Source: Scyliorhinus canicula (Eukaryota). From it: a DNA stretch of 64,000 nt. Positions 37,075 through 48,590 of the stretch are shown here, piece by piece; position 1 is the first letter of the stretch, and each line of letters begins with the position of its first letter. A program made the translations under genes and the position numbers. Location: NCBI RefSeq assembly GCF_902713615.1, contig NC_052154.1, forward strand, positions 80,765,072 through 80,829,071. The letters run 5' to 3'. The notes under the pieces were generated by a model. The model was not told the DNA's origin. It was given only the letters and a program-made list of their open reading frames with translations, and did not search any database.

Positions 37075-40000
37075 TGCCAGGGTCCGAGATGTCTCGGATC
37101 GTGGCTTTGGGATCCTTAACGGGGAGAGGGAGCAGCCCCAAGTCGTGGTCCACATAGGTACCAACGACATAGGAAGGAAAAGGGATAGGGATGTAAGGCA
37201 GGAATTCAGGGAGCTAGGGTGGAAACTTAGATCTAGGACAAACAGAGTTATTATCTCTGGGTTGTTACCCGTGCCACGTGCTGACGAGACGAGGAATAGG
37301 GAGAGAGAGCACATGAACACATGGCTACAGGGATGGTACAGGAAGAAGGGTTTCAGATTCCTGGATAATTGGGGCTCATTCTGGGGTAGGTGGGAACTCT
37401 ACAAACGGGATGGTCCACACCTGGACCAGAGGGGTACTAATGTCCTGGGGGGGAGGGGGGGGGGGGGAGGTTTGCTAATGCTCTTCGGGAGGGTTTAAAC
37501 TAGTTAAGCAGGGGATTGGGAACCTGAATTGTAGCTCCAGCATACAGGAGGTTGAGAGTAGTGAGGTCATGAGTAAGGTTTCAAAGTTGCAGGAGTGTAC
37601 AGACAGGAAGGAAGATGGTTTAAAGTGCGTCTACTTCAATGCCAGGAGCATCCGGAATAAGGTGGGCGAACGTGCGGCATGGCTTGGTACCTGGGACTTC
37701 GATGTTATGGCCATTTTGGAGACATGGATAGAGCAGGGACAGGAATGGTTGTTGCAGGTGCCGGGGTTTAGATATTTCAGGAAGCTCAGGGAAGGTGGTA
37801 AGAGAGGGGGAGTAGTGGCATTGTTAGCCAAGGACAGTATTACGGTGGCAGAAAGGACGTTTGATGAGGACTCGTCTACTGAGGTAGTATGGGCTGAGGT
37901 TAGAAACAGGAAAGGAGAGGTCACCCTGTTAGGGGTTTTCTATAGGCCTCCGAAAAGTTTCAGAGATGTAGAGGAAAGGATTGCAAAGATGATTCTGGAT
38001 AGGAGCGAAAGTAATAGGGTAGTTGTTAAAGGGGACTTTAACTTTCCAAATGTTGACTGGAAACACTATAGTTCGAGTACTTTAGATGGGTCAGCTTTTA
38101 TCCAATGTGTGCAGGAGGGTTTCCTGACGCAATATGTAGATAGGCCAACGAGAGGCGAGGCCGTATTGGATTTGGTACTGGGTAATGAACGAGGACAGGT
38201 TTTAGATTTGGAGGTAGGTGAGCACTTTGGTGATAGTGACCACAATTCGATTATGTTTACTTTAGTGATGGAAAGGGATAGGTATATACCGCAGGGCAAG
38301 AGTTATATCTTGGGGAAAGGCAATTATGATGCGATGAGGCAAGACTTAGGATGCATCGGATGAAGAGGAACACTGCAGGGGGATGGGCACAATGGAAATG
38401 TGGAGCATGTTCAAGGAACAGCTACTGCGTGTCCTTGATAAGTATGACCTGTCAGGCAGGGAGGAAGTAGTCGAGCAAGGGAACCATGGTTTACTAAAGC
38501 AGTTGAAACACTTGTCAAGAGGAAGAAGGAGGCTTATGTAAAGATGAGATGTGAAGGTTCAGTTAGGGCGCTCGAGAGTTACATGTTAGCTAGGAAGGAT
38601 CTAAAGAGAGAGCTAAGAAGAGCCAGGAGGGGACATGAGAAGTCTTTGGCAGGTAGAATTAAGGATAACCCTAAATCTTTCTATAGATATGTCAGGAATA
38701 AAAGAATGACTAGGGTAAGAGTAGGGCCAGTCAAGGACAGTAGTGGGAAGTTGTGCGTGGAGTCCGAGGAGATAGGAGAGGTGCTAAATGAATACTTTTC
38801 GTCAGTATTCACACAGGAAAAAGACAATGTTGTCGAGGAGAATTGTCGAGGAGAATACTGAGATACAGGCTACTAGACTAGAAGGGCTTGAGGTTCGTAA
38901 GGAGGCGGTGTTAGCGATTCTGGAAAGTGTTAAAGTAGATAAGACCCCTGGGCCGGATGGGATTTATCCTAGGATTCTCTGGGAAGCTAGGGAGGGGATT
39001 GCTGAGCCTTTGGCTTTGATCTTTAAGTCATCTTTGTCTACAGGAATAGTGCCAGAAGACTGGAGGATAGCAAATGTTATCCCCTTGTTCAAGAAGGGGA
39101 GTAGAGACAACCCCGGTAACTATAGACCAGCGAGCCTTACTTCTGTTGTGGGAAAAGTATTGGAAAGGTTTATAAGATATAAGATGTACAATCACCTGGA
39201 AAGGAATAATTTGATTAGAGATAGTCAACATGGTTTTGTGAAGGATAGGTCGTGCCTCACAAACCTTATTGAGTTCTTTGAGAAAGTGACCAAACAGGTG
39301 GATGAGGGTAAAGTAGTTGATGTTGTATATGGATTTCAGTAAAGCGTTTGATAAGGTTCCCCACGGTAGGCTATTGCAGAAAATACGGAGGCATGGGATT
39401 CAGGGTGATTTAGCAGTTTGGATCAGAAATTGGCAAGCTGGAAGAAGACAAAGGGTGTTGGTTGATGGGAAATGTTCAGACTTGAGTCCAGTTACTAGTG
39501 GTGTACCACAAGGATCTGTTTTGGGGCCACTGCTGTTTGTCATTTTTATAAATGACTTGGAGGAGGGCGTAGAAGGTTGGGTGAGTAAATTTGCAGATGC
39601 CACTAAAGTCGGTGGAGTTGTGGACAGTGCAGAAGGATGTTACAAGTTACAGAGGGACATAGATAAGCTGCAGCGCTTGGCTGACAGGTGGAAAATGGAG
39701 TTTAATGCAGAAAAGTGTGAGGTGATTCATTTTGGAAGGAATAGCAGGAAGACAGAGTTCTGGGCTAATGGTAAGATTCTTGTTAGTGTGGATGAGCAGA
39801 GAGATCTCGGTGTCCATGTACATAGATCCCTGAAAGTTGCCATCCAGGTTGAGAGGGTTGTTAAGAAGGTGTATGGCGTGTTAGCTTTTATTGGTAGAGG
39901 AATTGAGTTTCGGAGCCATGAGGTCATGTTGCAGTTGTACAAAACTCTGGTGCGGCCGCATTTGGAGTATTGCATGCAGTTCTGGTTGCTGCATTATAGG

Positions 40001-40681
40001 AAGGATGTGGACGTGGAGAAGGAAGGGGGCTGGTTTAGCTCACCAGACTAAATCGCTGGCTTTTAAAGCAGACCAAGCAGGCCAGCAGCACGGTTCGATT
40101 CCCGTACCAGCCTCCCCGGACAGGCGCCGGAATGTGGCGACTAGGGTCTTTTCACAGTAACTTCATTGAGGCCTACTCGTGACAATAAGCGATTTTCATT
40201 TCATGGAAGCATTGGAAAGGGTGCAGAGAAGATTTACCAGGATGTTGCCTGGTATGGAGGGACGAACTTATGAGGAAAGACTGAGGGACGTAAGGCTGTT
40301 TTCGTTAGAGGGAAGAAGGTTAAGAGGTTACTTAATTGCGGCATACAAGATGATCAAAGGATTAGATAGGGTGGAGAGTGAGAGCCTTTTTCCTCGGATG
40401 GTGATGTCCAGCACGAGGGGACATAGCTTTAAATTGAGGGGAGATAGATATAGGACAGATATCAGAGGTAGGTTCTTTACTCAGAGAGTAGTAAGGGCAT
40501 GTAATGCCCTGCCTGCAACTGCAGTGGACTCGCCAACACGAAGGGCATTCAGATGGTCATTGGATAGACATATGGACGAGAAGGGAATAGTGTAGATGGG
40601 CTTTGGCGTGGTTTCACAGGTCGGCGCAACATCGAGGGCCGAAGGACCTGTACTGCGCTGTAATGTTCTATGTTCTATGTT
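37075..40681 (+). mobile_element. 5'-truncated CR1 LINE: SGNH-esterase ORF1 end plus near-complete, disrupted ORF2 (EN-RT)
   Basis: ORF1 has HIGTND and DGPHL. EN has YFNARSI, GDFNFP and SDHN. RT has DFSKAFDKVPH, VPQGSVLGP and FADAT. (ATGTTCT)n tail. Candidate 8-bp TSD ctggcagg at 37067-37074 and 40682-40689. Confidence 0.95.
40012..40203 (+). mobile_element. tRNA-derived SINE inserted into CR1 ORF2
   Basis: A-box-like ggtttagctca, B box ggttcgattccc, tttca tail. It interrupts the CR1 KDV|EALE sequence with a 4-bp tgga duplication. Confidence 0.85.
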
Positions 40682-40788
40682 CTGGCAGGAAACAATACTG
40701 TTCACTTGTCACGTCTGTCCATGAAAATCAAACCTTCTGCTTACTCTTTTTGTCCGAACAGACGACGCTTAATTTCTGAACCCGTAGT

Positions 40789-40809
40789 CACAGGACGGCA
40801 AACGTCATT
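40789..40809 (+). promoter_or_regulatory. Conserved proximal promoter element with CRE half-site
   Basis: cacaggacggcaaacgtcatt, 19/21 identical to 61205-61225, and at equivalent distance from the leader ATG (114 vs 116 bp). Confidence 0.65.
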
Positions 40810-40902
40810 AGAATCTAACGCGGAAAATAAACCGCAAACTATTCATAAGAGTTGCACAACTGACAGCTAATGTCGAGTCATCAGTTGGATCAGTTGCTAA
40901 GA

Positions 40903-40957
40903 ATGACAGCGAGTATGTTTTTTCTGTGTCTGATCCTCCGAGGGATTATTCACACAG
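40903..40957 (+). CDS. IgSF receptor gene 1, exon 1 (leader)
   Basis: MTASMFFLCLILRGIIHT, phase-1 donor G|gtagc. An in-frame upstream ATG lies at 40870. Similar to the leaders at 61321 and 63058. Confidence 0.8.
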
Positions 40958-41079
40958 GTAGCAGCTCGTTCATTTTCCCAATTTCATGATTTAGCAAACG
41001 TTACTTCCTCTGGATTATGTTTTAATCATCCACCTTCATGCTCATGCGATTAACCAGTATTTGTCTATATTTCTGACAG

Positions 41080-41400
41080 CTGCGGACCGCGTTTCTTTCA
41101 GTGTGTCTCAAGCACCAGAAGAAGTGACTATATCCAGAGGGGGGAACGTCACCTTCTACTGCATATTCCCCATTTTTAAAGAACAATCCTGGGTCCGGAT
41201 ATTATGGTGGAAGCATGGTGAGAATGAATACCTTCGTTCAAGCGCAGACAGGAGAAAACGGTTTGGTCAGGAAGGTAAAGTGAGCGGGTTCTTTCAGTTG
41301 CTGGGCGCGACATTGGGAGACGCTGGAATCTATCACTGCTCTGTGATCCGTCATGGACTACTTGGAAGAAATGGAACCGGATCGCATCTAATTGTGCATG
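41080..41400 (+). CDS. IgSF receptor gene 1, exon 2: germline-joined VJ-type domain (NCR3/NKp30-like)
   Basis: tttctgacag acceptor and G|gtaaat donor, 321 bp, phase 1/1. B-strand TFYC, C-strand LWW, DAGIYHC and J-like GTGSHLIV all in one exon. Confidence 0.93.
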
Positions 41401-41509
41401 GTAAATATCAAATACATTTTTCAGATGTACACGGAATCTTTTGACTGTTTTACCGTACCGATTTTGAATTGCTATTTAAACATACAATGTCAAGCGCATA
41501 GTGCTGCTG

Positions 41510-41642
41510 CCGAAGGTGGGGTTACTGGGTTACGAGGAAAGGGTGGAGCTGTGGCCTTAAATTGAGTGTTCTTTCCGAGGGCCGGTGCAGACTCGATGGG
41601 CCGAATGGCCTCCTTCTGCACTGTAAATTCTATGATTCTATG
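41510..41642 (+). mobile_element. HE1-like SINE 3' fragment in intron 2 of gene 1
   Basis: gggccggtgcagactcgatgggccgaatggcctccttctgcactgtaaattctatgattctatga tail. Confidence 0.75.
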
Positions 41643-42421
41643 AATCAATGAAGGCAATCTGTACGACAATTGAAGGATAGTGGCCACACATAATAGTTGA
41701 CAGCATGCAACTGAATAAAAATCGGTTTATGTTAATACGCATCTTTCAATAAGTACACTATTCATGCTCATTTCAAATTTATTTTCTGCCCCTATCACTG
41801 TCTTGGCGGTTCAATATTCCTGAAGTTAAATCCACACAATGATCTCCTTGCGGGTTTCAATGCCATTGTGCAGCTCAGCGCGAAGGAACGGGTACATTCA
41901 ACAAGCTAAAGTTCGAATCACCTCACTAACCTCCAATTAAAGCAGATCTGTGTTGCTGAAAGCTCCTGAAGTTCAATTGTCAGTAATTTATTTCACTTAT
42001 TTTCATGCTTCACTTGTGGGTTATTCTGGTACTGATGAAGCCCCTCATTTTATCATCAAGAGCGCGTCTATTATTCCTCACTGTCTCTGCGTATCAGGAT
42101 CCGCAAACCACCTTGCTCCCAGGGCACACTTGCTTAATTCTTTGGAGTATGAAAACTAAACACCGATTAATAAATCAGTCCGACTTGCTTGCCGAGAAAT
42201 TCAAAGTCTTGGCGTCAATAGCACAGATAGCATTGACCGCATGTCAAAGCTCATGAGAGATATGGATGAGGTGTGTATAGCATATGTGGAATATTAAAAT
42301 GACAGAAGGCTGAGCTTCTGACTGATGCTATTGTAAGAAAATGGATCGAACGTAAATCAGAATCATGTATTTTTTCCAAATCGCCCAGAATAACTCGACT
42401 TTGTCCATTTGTGTTCCGCAG

Positions 42422-42733
42422 TGGCCCCGACACCATTGAAGCTGGTCTCCAAGACATCTGAATGGGATTCATCTGTGCCTCTGATCCTAGTTTGTGAAAC
42501 AGCTGCGTTTTCCCCGGAAAATTTCACCCTCACTTGGTATAAGAATGGCGTCAAAGCAGCATCCGGAATAATCACCAGAACAGTGCAGAACAGTGAGGGA
42601 CTGTATGAAGTTTGTAGCTCTTTGTCTGAGATGCGGCCTGTCCTGAGCGACGCCAGTTATACATGTTCCGTATCTCATGTCTCCCTCAAGACCCCAGCTA
42701 TTGCCACCCTTAATACTTCTGACTCCAAGCAAG
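42422..42733 (+). CDS. IgSF receptor gene 1, exon 3: C1-set domain
   Basis: ttgtgttccgcag acceptor and G|gtacga donor, 312 bp, phase 1/1. LVCETAAFSPENFTLTWYKNG and YTCSVSHVSL are C1-set motifs (C-x4-F-x-P, W-x-K-N-G, Y-x-C-x-V-x-H). Confidence 0.92.
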
Positions 42734-43419
42734 GTACGACGACAGGAATCCAAAAAATATTGAATTCGTGGAGGGATGTAATGTACAGTTTGCACATATA
42801 AGTAATCGTGGCGCTAGTTCGTGGAAATCCAATGGGAAATATCAACGGAAACATTAGATTTAAATTAATAATATATTTCAACCTAATGTTGTGTAAAACC
42901 GGGTTATGGCAGTCGCCACACAAATATGTTCAGTTAAGCCTTGTCTATTGACAAATTCCTCTCTTACATGTATAAAATATATACAACAGGACATAGGAAA
43001 TAAATGCACGGGTTCGCCATAGGGACTGCTGAACCTGTTTGGTCATCCAGTAAGATCATTATTAACTTTCGAGATCAAATCCACTTTCCAATCCATACCA
43101 ACCGACTGCAGCCTTGAATATGCTCAGAGACTCAGCATTCATAGACCTCTGGGGTAGAGAATTCCTAAGATTCGGACCCCGTGAATGAAAAAATCCCTCC
43201 TGATCTCAGCCTTTTATTGTGACCTTTATCCGCAGTTCTTGACTTGCAGCCAGGAACATCAGTCTTGACGATCCACTTTATGCAAATAAATCCTATGTTG
43301 TCCGTTCTTTATTGTGGAGCTACTCCAAGCACTGTGAGTTTAACGAATAACCTGCCCCATTTACAAAAACAAACTGCAATTTTGCTTAACCTATATCTGT
43401 GCTCATATTAATTTTACAG

Positions 43420-43526
43420 ATTATGTGGGTATGTCCCGTTACTACTCGGGTTTCAGATACACGGTAGGCGGACTGGCGTTTCTACTGCTCCTGATTATCG
43501 CTGGGGCGCGCTACAAGAGCAGATAA
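43420..43526 (+). CDS. IgSF receptor gene 1, exon 4: stalk, transmembrane helix and short tail
   Basis: ttaattttacag acceptor, phase 1 in frame. DYVGMSRYYSGFRYTVGGLAFLLLLIIAGARYKSR*, stop at 43524-43526. Confidence 0.85.
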
Positions 43527-46424
43527 AGAGCGGTAAGATCTGATGTATGCGTTTGATTTTAATTCAAAACATAAGAGAGAGAGAGAGCGTGTGTGTCTCC
43601 CATGAATACAGGGAAAGGGCGGTTCTATTGTAGTCATTGTTTTCTGGTCACAGGTTTCCCCAAACAATTATAAATTATTTATTCAAGACACAATAATTAT
43701 CGTAAAATCATATCACAAATAGATCGGATTAAGTGTGTATCTGCTACTGAAATGTTTCACTTTGCGGCAAGTGCGAAAAGAAATGTGTCCTTCCGCGCAG
43801 TTTTCAATCAGCCTGTTGTGAGACCCCAATTAGTTTGTGTGAAGCCTTATAAAAGCTCAGGCCCGAAATGGTTACAAGTCACTGTTGCTCTCTACGGGGG
43901 CTGCATTTCCAACTTCTGTGGAGAAATCAGATATAGAAATGCATGTTCGATTGCGTGCCTCCGTGAGTAAGGACTTTGCAACAATTGACATTCAAACTAA
44001 GTGAATACTTTAAAAACTCATATCTAAATTGGAGCAATTCATATGAACAACGGCAGCACCTTGAAGGACTGAGACATTCATTCGTGCATCTCGGGAAAAG
44101 TTTGCACTGGGGAAAGAAGTGTTGCCGTAATGAGCAATTATCTATTGATGGGAATATTTGTCCACGAGAAATAAATCACACCGGGAGCTTGGGAATTAAA
44201 CCGTTTTTCCGAAAACAAAATCGGGCGTGTGATAAACTGGTTGCTGATTCGCTCTTGTCATCCACCGCGCTATCGTCGAAGACCAATTCCTCCTCCAGTG
44301 TGTTCGTGCTAAAAATCGATACAGAGCAGAAAACAAAACTGACGGTTTTGTTGAAATCTAGGTAATCATTTGTGTATAGCTTTACCTACATTTGGAAATA
44401 AAAGCCTATCGAATCTGTGTTCTAGCACAGCTGGAACTTGACGAATTTGTGTAACTGTGCTGTAGCGAAGAAATCGACATGTTTAAATATTAGTAACAAT
44501 TGCTACTTGTAATTAACCACCCGTCAGATTTCTATTTACTTAAAATTATTCAGCCTGGTTTCTGCGCCTTCCATCTAGCCATCCTGCCTAGTATTTCAGC
44601 AATAGTATTTAAAATAATTAGGGGCAAAGAAATAGGCACGCAACAATTGTTTGACAATATGTAAGACACAGAGGCTGAAATCGCTAATATGCTGCAGCAC
44701 ATTTAAGCGGAACGATGTAAACTCCATAATTTATACTTGAAACGGAGAGGCCCGGGCACCCCCAGTCGGCGTGGAGAACTGAATCAGCGATCACCACTGG
44801 AGCACTAATATTCAGGTGTTAGCGAACACTAAATAAAAGATTGGCCGTCCGCTAGCATAGAATGTTACAGTGCAAAAATGGCCTTTCGGCCCATCGAGAC
44901 TGATCATACATTGTAACTCCGGTTCTCTGCGGTTTTTTTCCCACCTGAGGAATGCTTTGTGTAGAAGCCAATAAAACTGATAAAATTACCAATTAATAAT
45001 ATTTCTAAACATCAATTTGCAGACCAGCAAGACACCTGCGCGACTCTAGAACTGTCAAGCTCCAAAAAAATGATGAAGAAAATGTAAAATAACAACTGAG
45101 ACCGGAGTAATGCATGACATTATTATCTCATTGAATATATAGTGTAAGTGTTTGGTTTTGCTTAACCATTTGTGGGAATTCCTCTGAATTGCCAATGATA
45201 GAACCTCCTTGTTTACTTTGGCGAATCGGTAATATTTCACGGTCGAATAGGCTATAGATCTCGCTTTTATTAATTAAGCATTCTTATTTTTGTGAGTAAA
45301 ATTGCAGAGCCTGGTCTTTGAAATCCGCCTTGCGTATTCTGACCCCAAGAGCCGATGCTTCTTTAGACAGGGACTCTGCAATCCATGGGCTCATGGGCAA
45401 AAGCCCCTGAACACCGTCATTTAATTGATCAGGAGGTGCATCGCTCTAAATTCCCAAATGACTTTACATTTCCATTCGAAACAATGCGTCCAAAAAATAC
45501 AAATCTCCTGTAAACGGAAGACCTGTGAATTCTGCTTATTGGGGTTTGTCTTCACAACGAACACATTTTAAAGACTTCTCAATAATGATGAATCTTGATA
45601 AATGCTGACGTTATGAAAAATAATTCCTCCAGAGTTGAAGACCTTTTTTTATTAGAGATTAAGTCCTATTTGTACCGTGGCTGCGCCGTGAGATTAAAGA
45701 AAGCTACTAATTATCGTGGTTACATGATGAGTTATTTAGGATGTACCTCACTTGGATTACAGCTTCTCAGCCTTAACACTGAACTTGAAGATGACACACG
45801 ACAAAATGATTCCGCATTCTTCTAACTATTCTGGTTTGATGATTGTGTCCATTAACAAACATTGGGAGCCTTGAATTTTGCAGTATCAGATTCAGGTCGG
45901 ACGTATTAAATAGTCTATACTCTACTCTCAATAGAGGTCACTTAGAGGTCACTTAATTCTGTCTTATTTTCCAAAGAAGTAATTCTTTCTAAAATAATTT
46001 GTGGTTTTCATTCAACAACATTTTGCAGCAAAGACCACCAATTTATTTTTTAGCCAGCTTCTGTGGTAAGAACATCCCCCCCCCCCCCCCCCCCCCCTCA
46101 ATGCACATTTATGTTTTGCGATAACGTTAACGTTCTCCTGGGCGGTGGAAATATTTTGCCGCTTTTCACTTTCTATAACACCCATATGTTTGAAAACCTC
46201 TTGTCTTGGCACTGTTTAATCTTTTTAACACCAATGTGGGAGGGGGCACTGCTCGCAAATAATAACCTTCAATTCTTTGCCAATTATGTGGCTCCTTTTA
46301 ATTTATTCTCGCTATCTTCCACAGTTTGCGCAAGTTCTTACATCTTCTGAATATTACTTCCGTGTTACTGTACGTGATGCTTCTAAATATTAAACGAAGG
46401 TCATTCCTTTGCACTTTTTAAAAG

Positions 46425-46755
46425 ATTAATTTATGGGATGTGTGCATCGCAGGCTGGGCCAGCATTTGTTGTCCATCCCTCTTTGCCCTCCTTTTCAGAG
46501 ATCATTTGAGAGTCAACCGCATTACTGTGAATCTGGAGTCACCTGTAGGTGAGGCCAGATTTCTTTCCCGAAAGAAGATCAGTGAACCAGATGGGTTGTT
46601 AGAACAATCGACAATGGTTTTATAGTCATCATTAGACTTTACTTAAATTCCAAAAGTCAAATTTCACCATCTGTTGTGGATTTGAATCCAGTTTCCCAGA
46701 TCTTGCTCTAAGAATGTGGATTACTGGTCCAAAGACACTACCACTGTGCCACCAC
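46425..46755 (-). mobile_element. Deu/SacSINE1-like SINE
   Basis: Minus strand: gtggcacagtggtagtg...ggattcaaatcc...catctggttcactgat...gtgactccag. Confidence 0.6.
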
Positions 46756-48269
46756 AGGGTAATGGAATTTTGTCACTCAGGTCCCTCTGCTCCTCGGCAC
46801 TGCTAAAACTCCTACTATTCAAGAAGCATTTCCTGGTTATATTTTGCCTGGCAAAACACAATCTTTTCTCGTTCTCTGCCTGCTGCATCAAGCTGTTCTC
46901 TGTCCTTGGAACTGCCACTGTCGTCTGCAGCATTTCACCATCAACATCAGAATTGCTTTCACAGCTTCCCGTTTCACCTTCAGTTTGTGAAGATGCTGTC
47001 TCAATTTCCTGGAAAAGATTATTGATCTTTCGAGAAAATAGCAGTAGCCGAGTACGGAATGTGTAACATGATTCGGCACATCCAACCATTCTGAGACGCA
47101 ATTATTTTCCTCCTTAAATTTTTGTTTGTATCCATCGGGGCACGTTGCTCTTAGTGTAATGTATCCATATTGTAAGTGGTTCTAGATCAGATGTACTTGG
47201 ATGTACGCATAAACTGCACCTACTGCATTTAATTAATTTATTCTCTCCGCGATTTCCTCGGTGCATTTGTTAAGACAATCTGTTTTTCTGTAAATTTGAC
47301 CAGGTTTGAGTAACTCACGATTCTTTGTTTAAGAGATGACTAGTTTATTGCAGAGGCTTGGAGTGATATAAGTTAAAGCACAACTAATATCTTATCGTTA
47401 TGTTGCAAGCAATGTCACGTTTTATTTTCTCACCTAAAAATAACATTTGGCTTCGAGATTAAGTTTAAGTGAACATGTTGTAAACGTTTGATAATTCGGT
47501 ATTGAAAAGTAAAACAAAATTTAAAAAAATGAACATTTGGTGTTTGATCATTGCTGGTTCTGGAAAATATGTCGGATATCAACAAGATGTAAAGCAATCT
47601 ATTTTAAATATCTGAAATATTTTGCTGAATATTGACACATGCGTATAGCTTTCCTGAATTGAGTAAACAACAAAGTTACGTTTTAAGTTTAAAACACTTA
47701 ATGTTCAAAATTTTAATCCCGTTGAATGACGTCCATTTCAGAACACCTTGTTTCAGATTTGACAGATTTAATTTGCCATTATAACATCTCCCCCTCGCCA
47801 GTTATACAGTCTTCATCACTTAATCTATTTACGGCGCCTATATTACTCAGTTGTTTTTATTTTTATATTATACATTAAACGTCAAGCAAGCAGTAGCAAT
47901 TAGATGCGATTTTTTCATTGAGCGCATTGATTGGCAAATTTCCGCTCTGCATACGATTTGACTAAGATACAAATACTGCTAAATAATTCTCATGCCATTT
48001 AATCGCCCCACCTTGAATAAATATTCAGGAGATAGGTACAAATTCAGTTGCAAACAAATTCTAATGCTCTACCTGTGAAACTAAGTTCCTCAGATCAATT
48101 CTGAACTTGTTAAAAAGCTGCAAATTTTATTTATTCAGCGATGTGCAGCTTCAATTAATCGGTATTGGTTCAACGGCGAACTTGATATCAATGTTCGTTT
48201 GGCTCAGTGATGCTATATTGATAGCATCAGGTCAGAAAGTTGTACCTTCTGGAGAAGTTTATAAAACCT

Positions 48270-48590
48270 AACATTTTTTTATTCGTTCATGTGATGCGCA
48301 GGCCGCTGCGAAGGGCAGCATTTGTTCACCGTGCCTAATTGCCCTTGAAGTAAGTGGCTCACTCGGTCATTTCAGAGGGCAGTTAAGAATCTCGCTCTGG
48401 AGTCACATGTAGGCCAGTCCGGGGAAGGGGATATATTTCTTATATAAAAGGGCAACTTGGTCATGGTTTATGGTCACCTTTATTTCGTTCAATTTCAATT
48501 CCACTAGCAGCCGTGGCTGAAATTTCAATCCAGGTCCCCAAAGCATTAGCGTGTATCTCTGGATTACTCGCCCAGTGACATTACCACTCC
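48270..48590 (-). mobile_element. Deu/SacSINE1-like SINE
   Basis: Same motif set as 46425-46755. Confidence 0.55.

Larger units (their letters stand above)
26064..37873. repeat. Tandem duplication of a ~5.9-kb block (26064-31961 and 31970-37873)
   Basis: Paired ORFs in the track are identical at offsets 5906, 5909 and 5912. The only differences noticed lie in two poly-G runs. An 8-nt insert sits at the junction. Confidence 0.97.

Noticed and set aside
41401-41445. Recombination signal sequences after the V exons (also after 61894 and 63631)
   Set aside because: No CACAGTG heptamer or ACAAAAACC nonamer is present. The exons end in GT donors and already include the J strand.
45750-45825. Possible + strand terminal exon LLSLNTELEDDTRQNDSAFF*
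   Set aside because: The acceptor is weak, gene 1 already stops at 43526, and there is no supporting homology.
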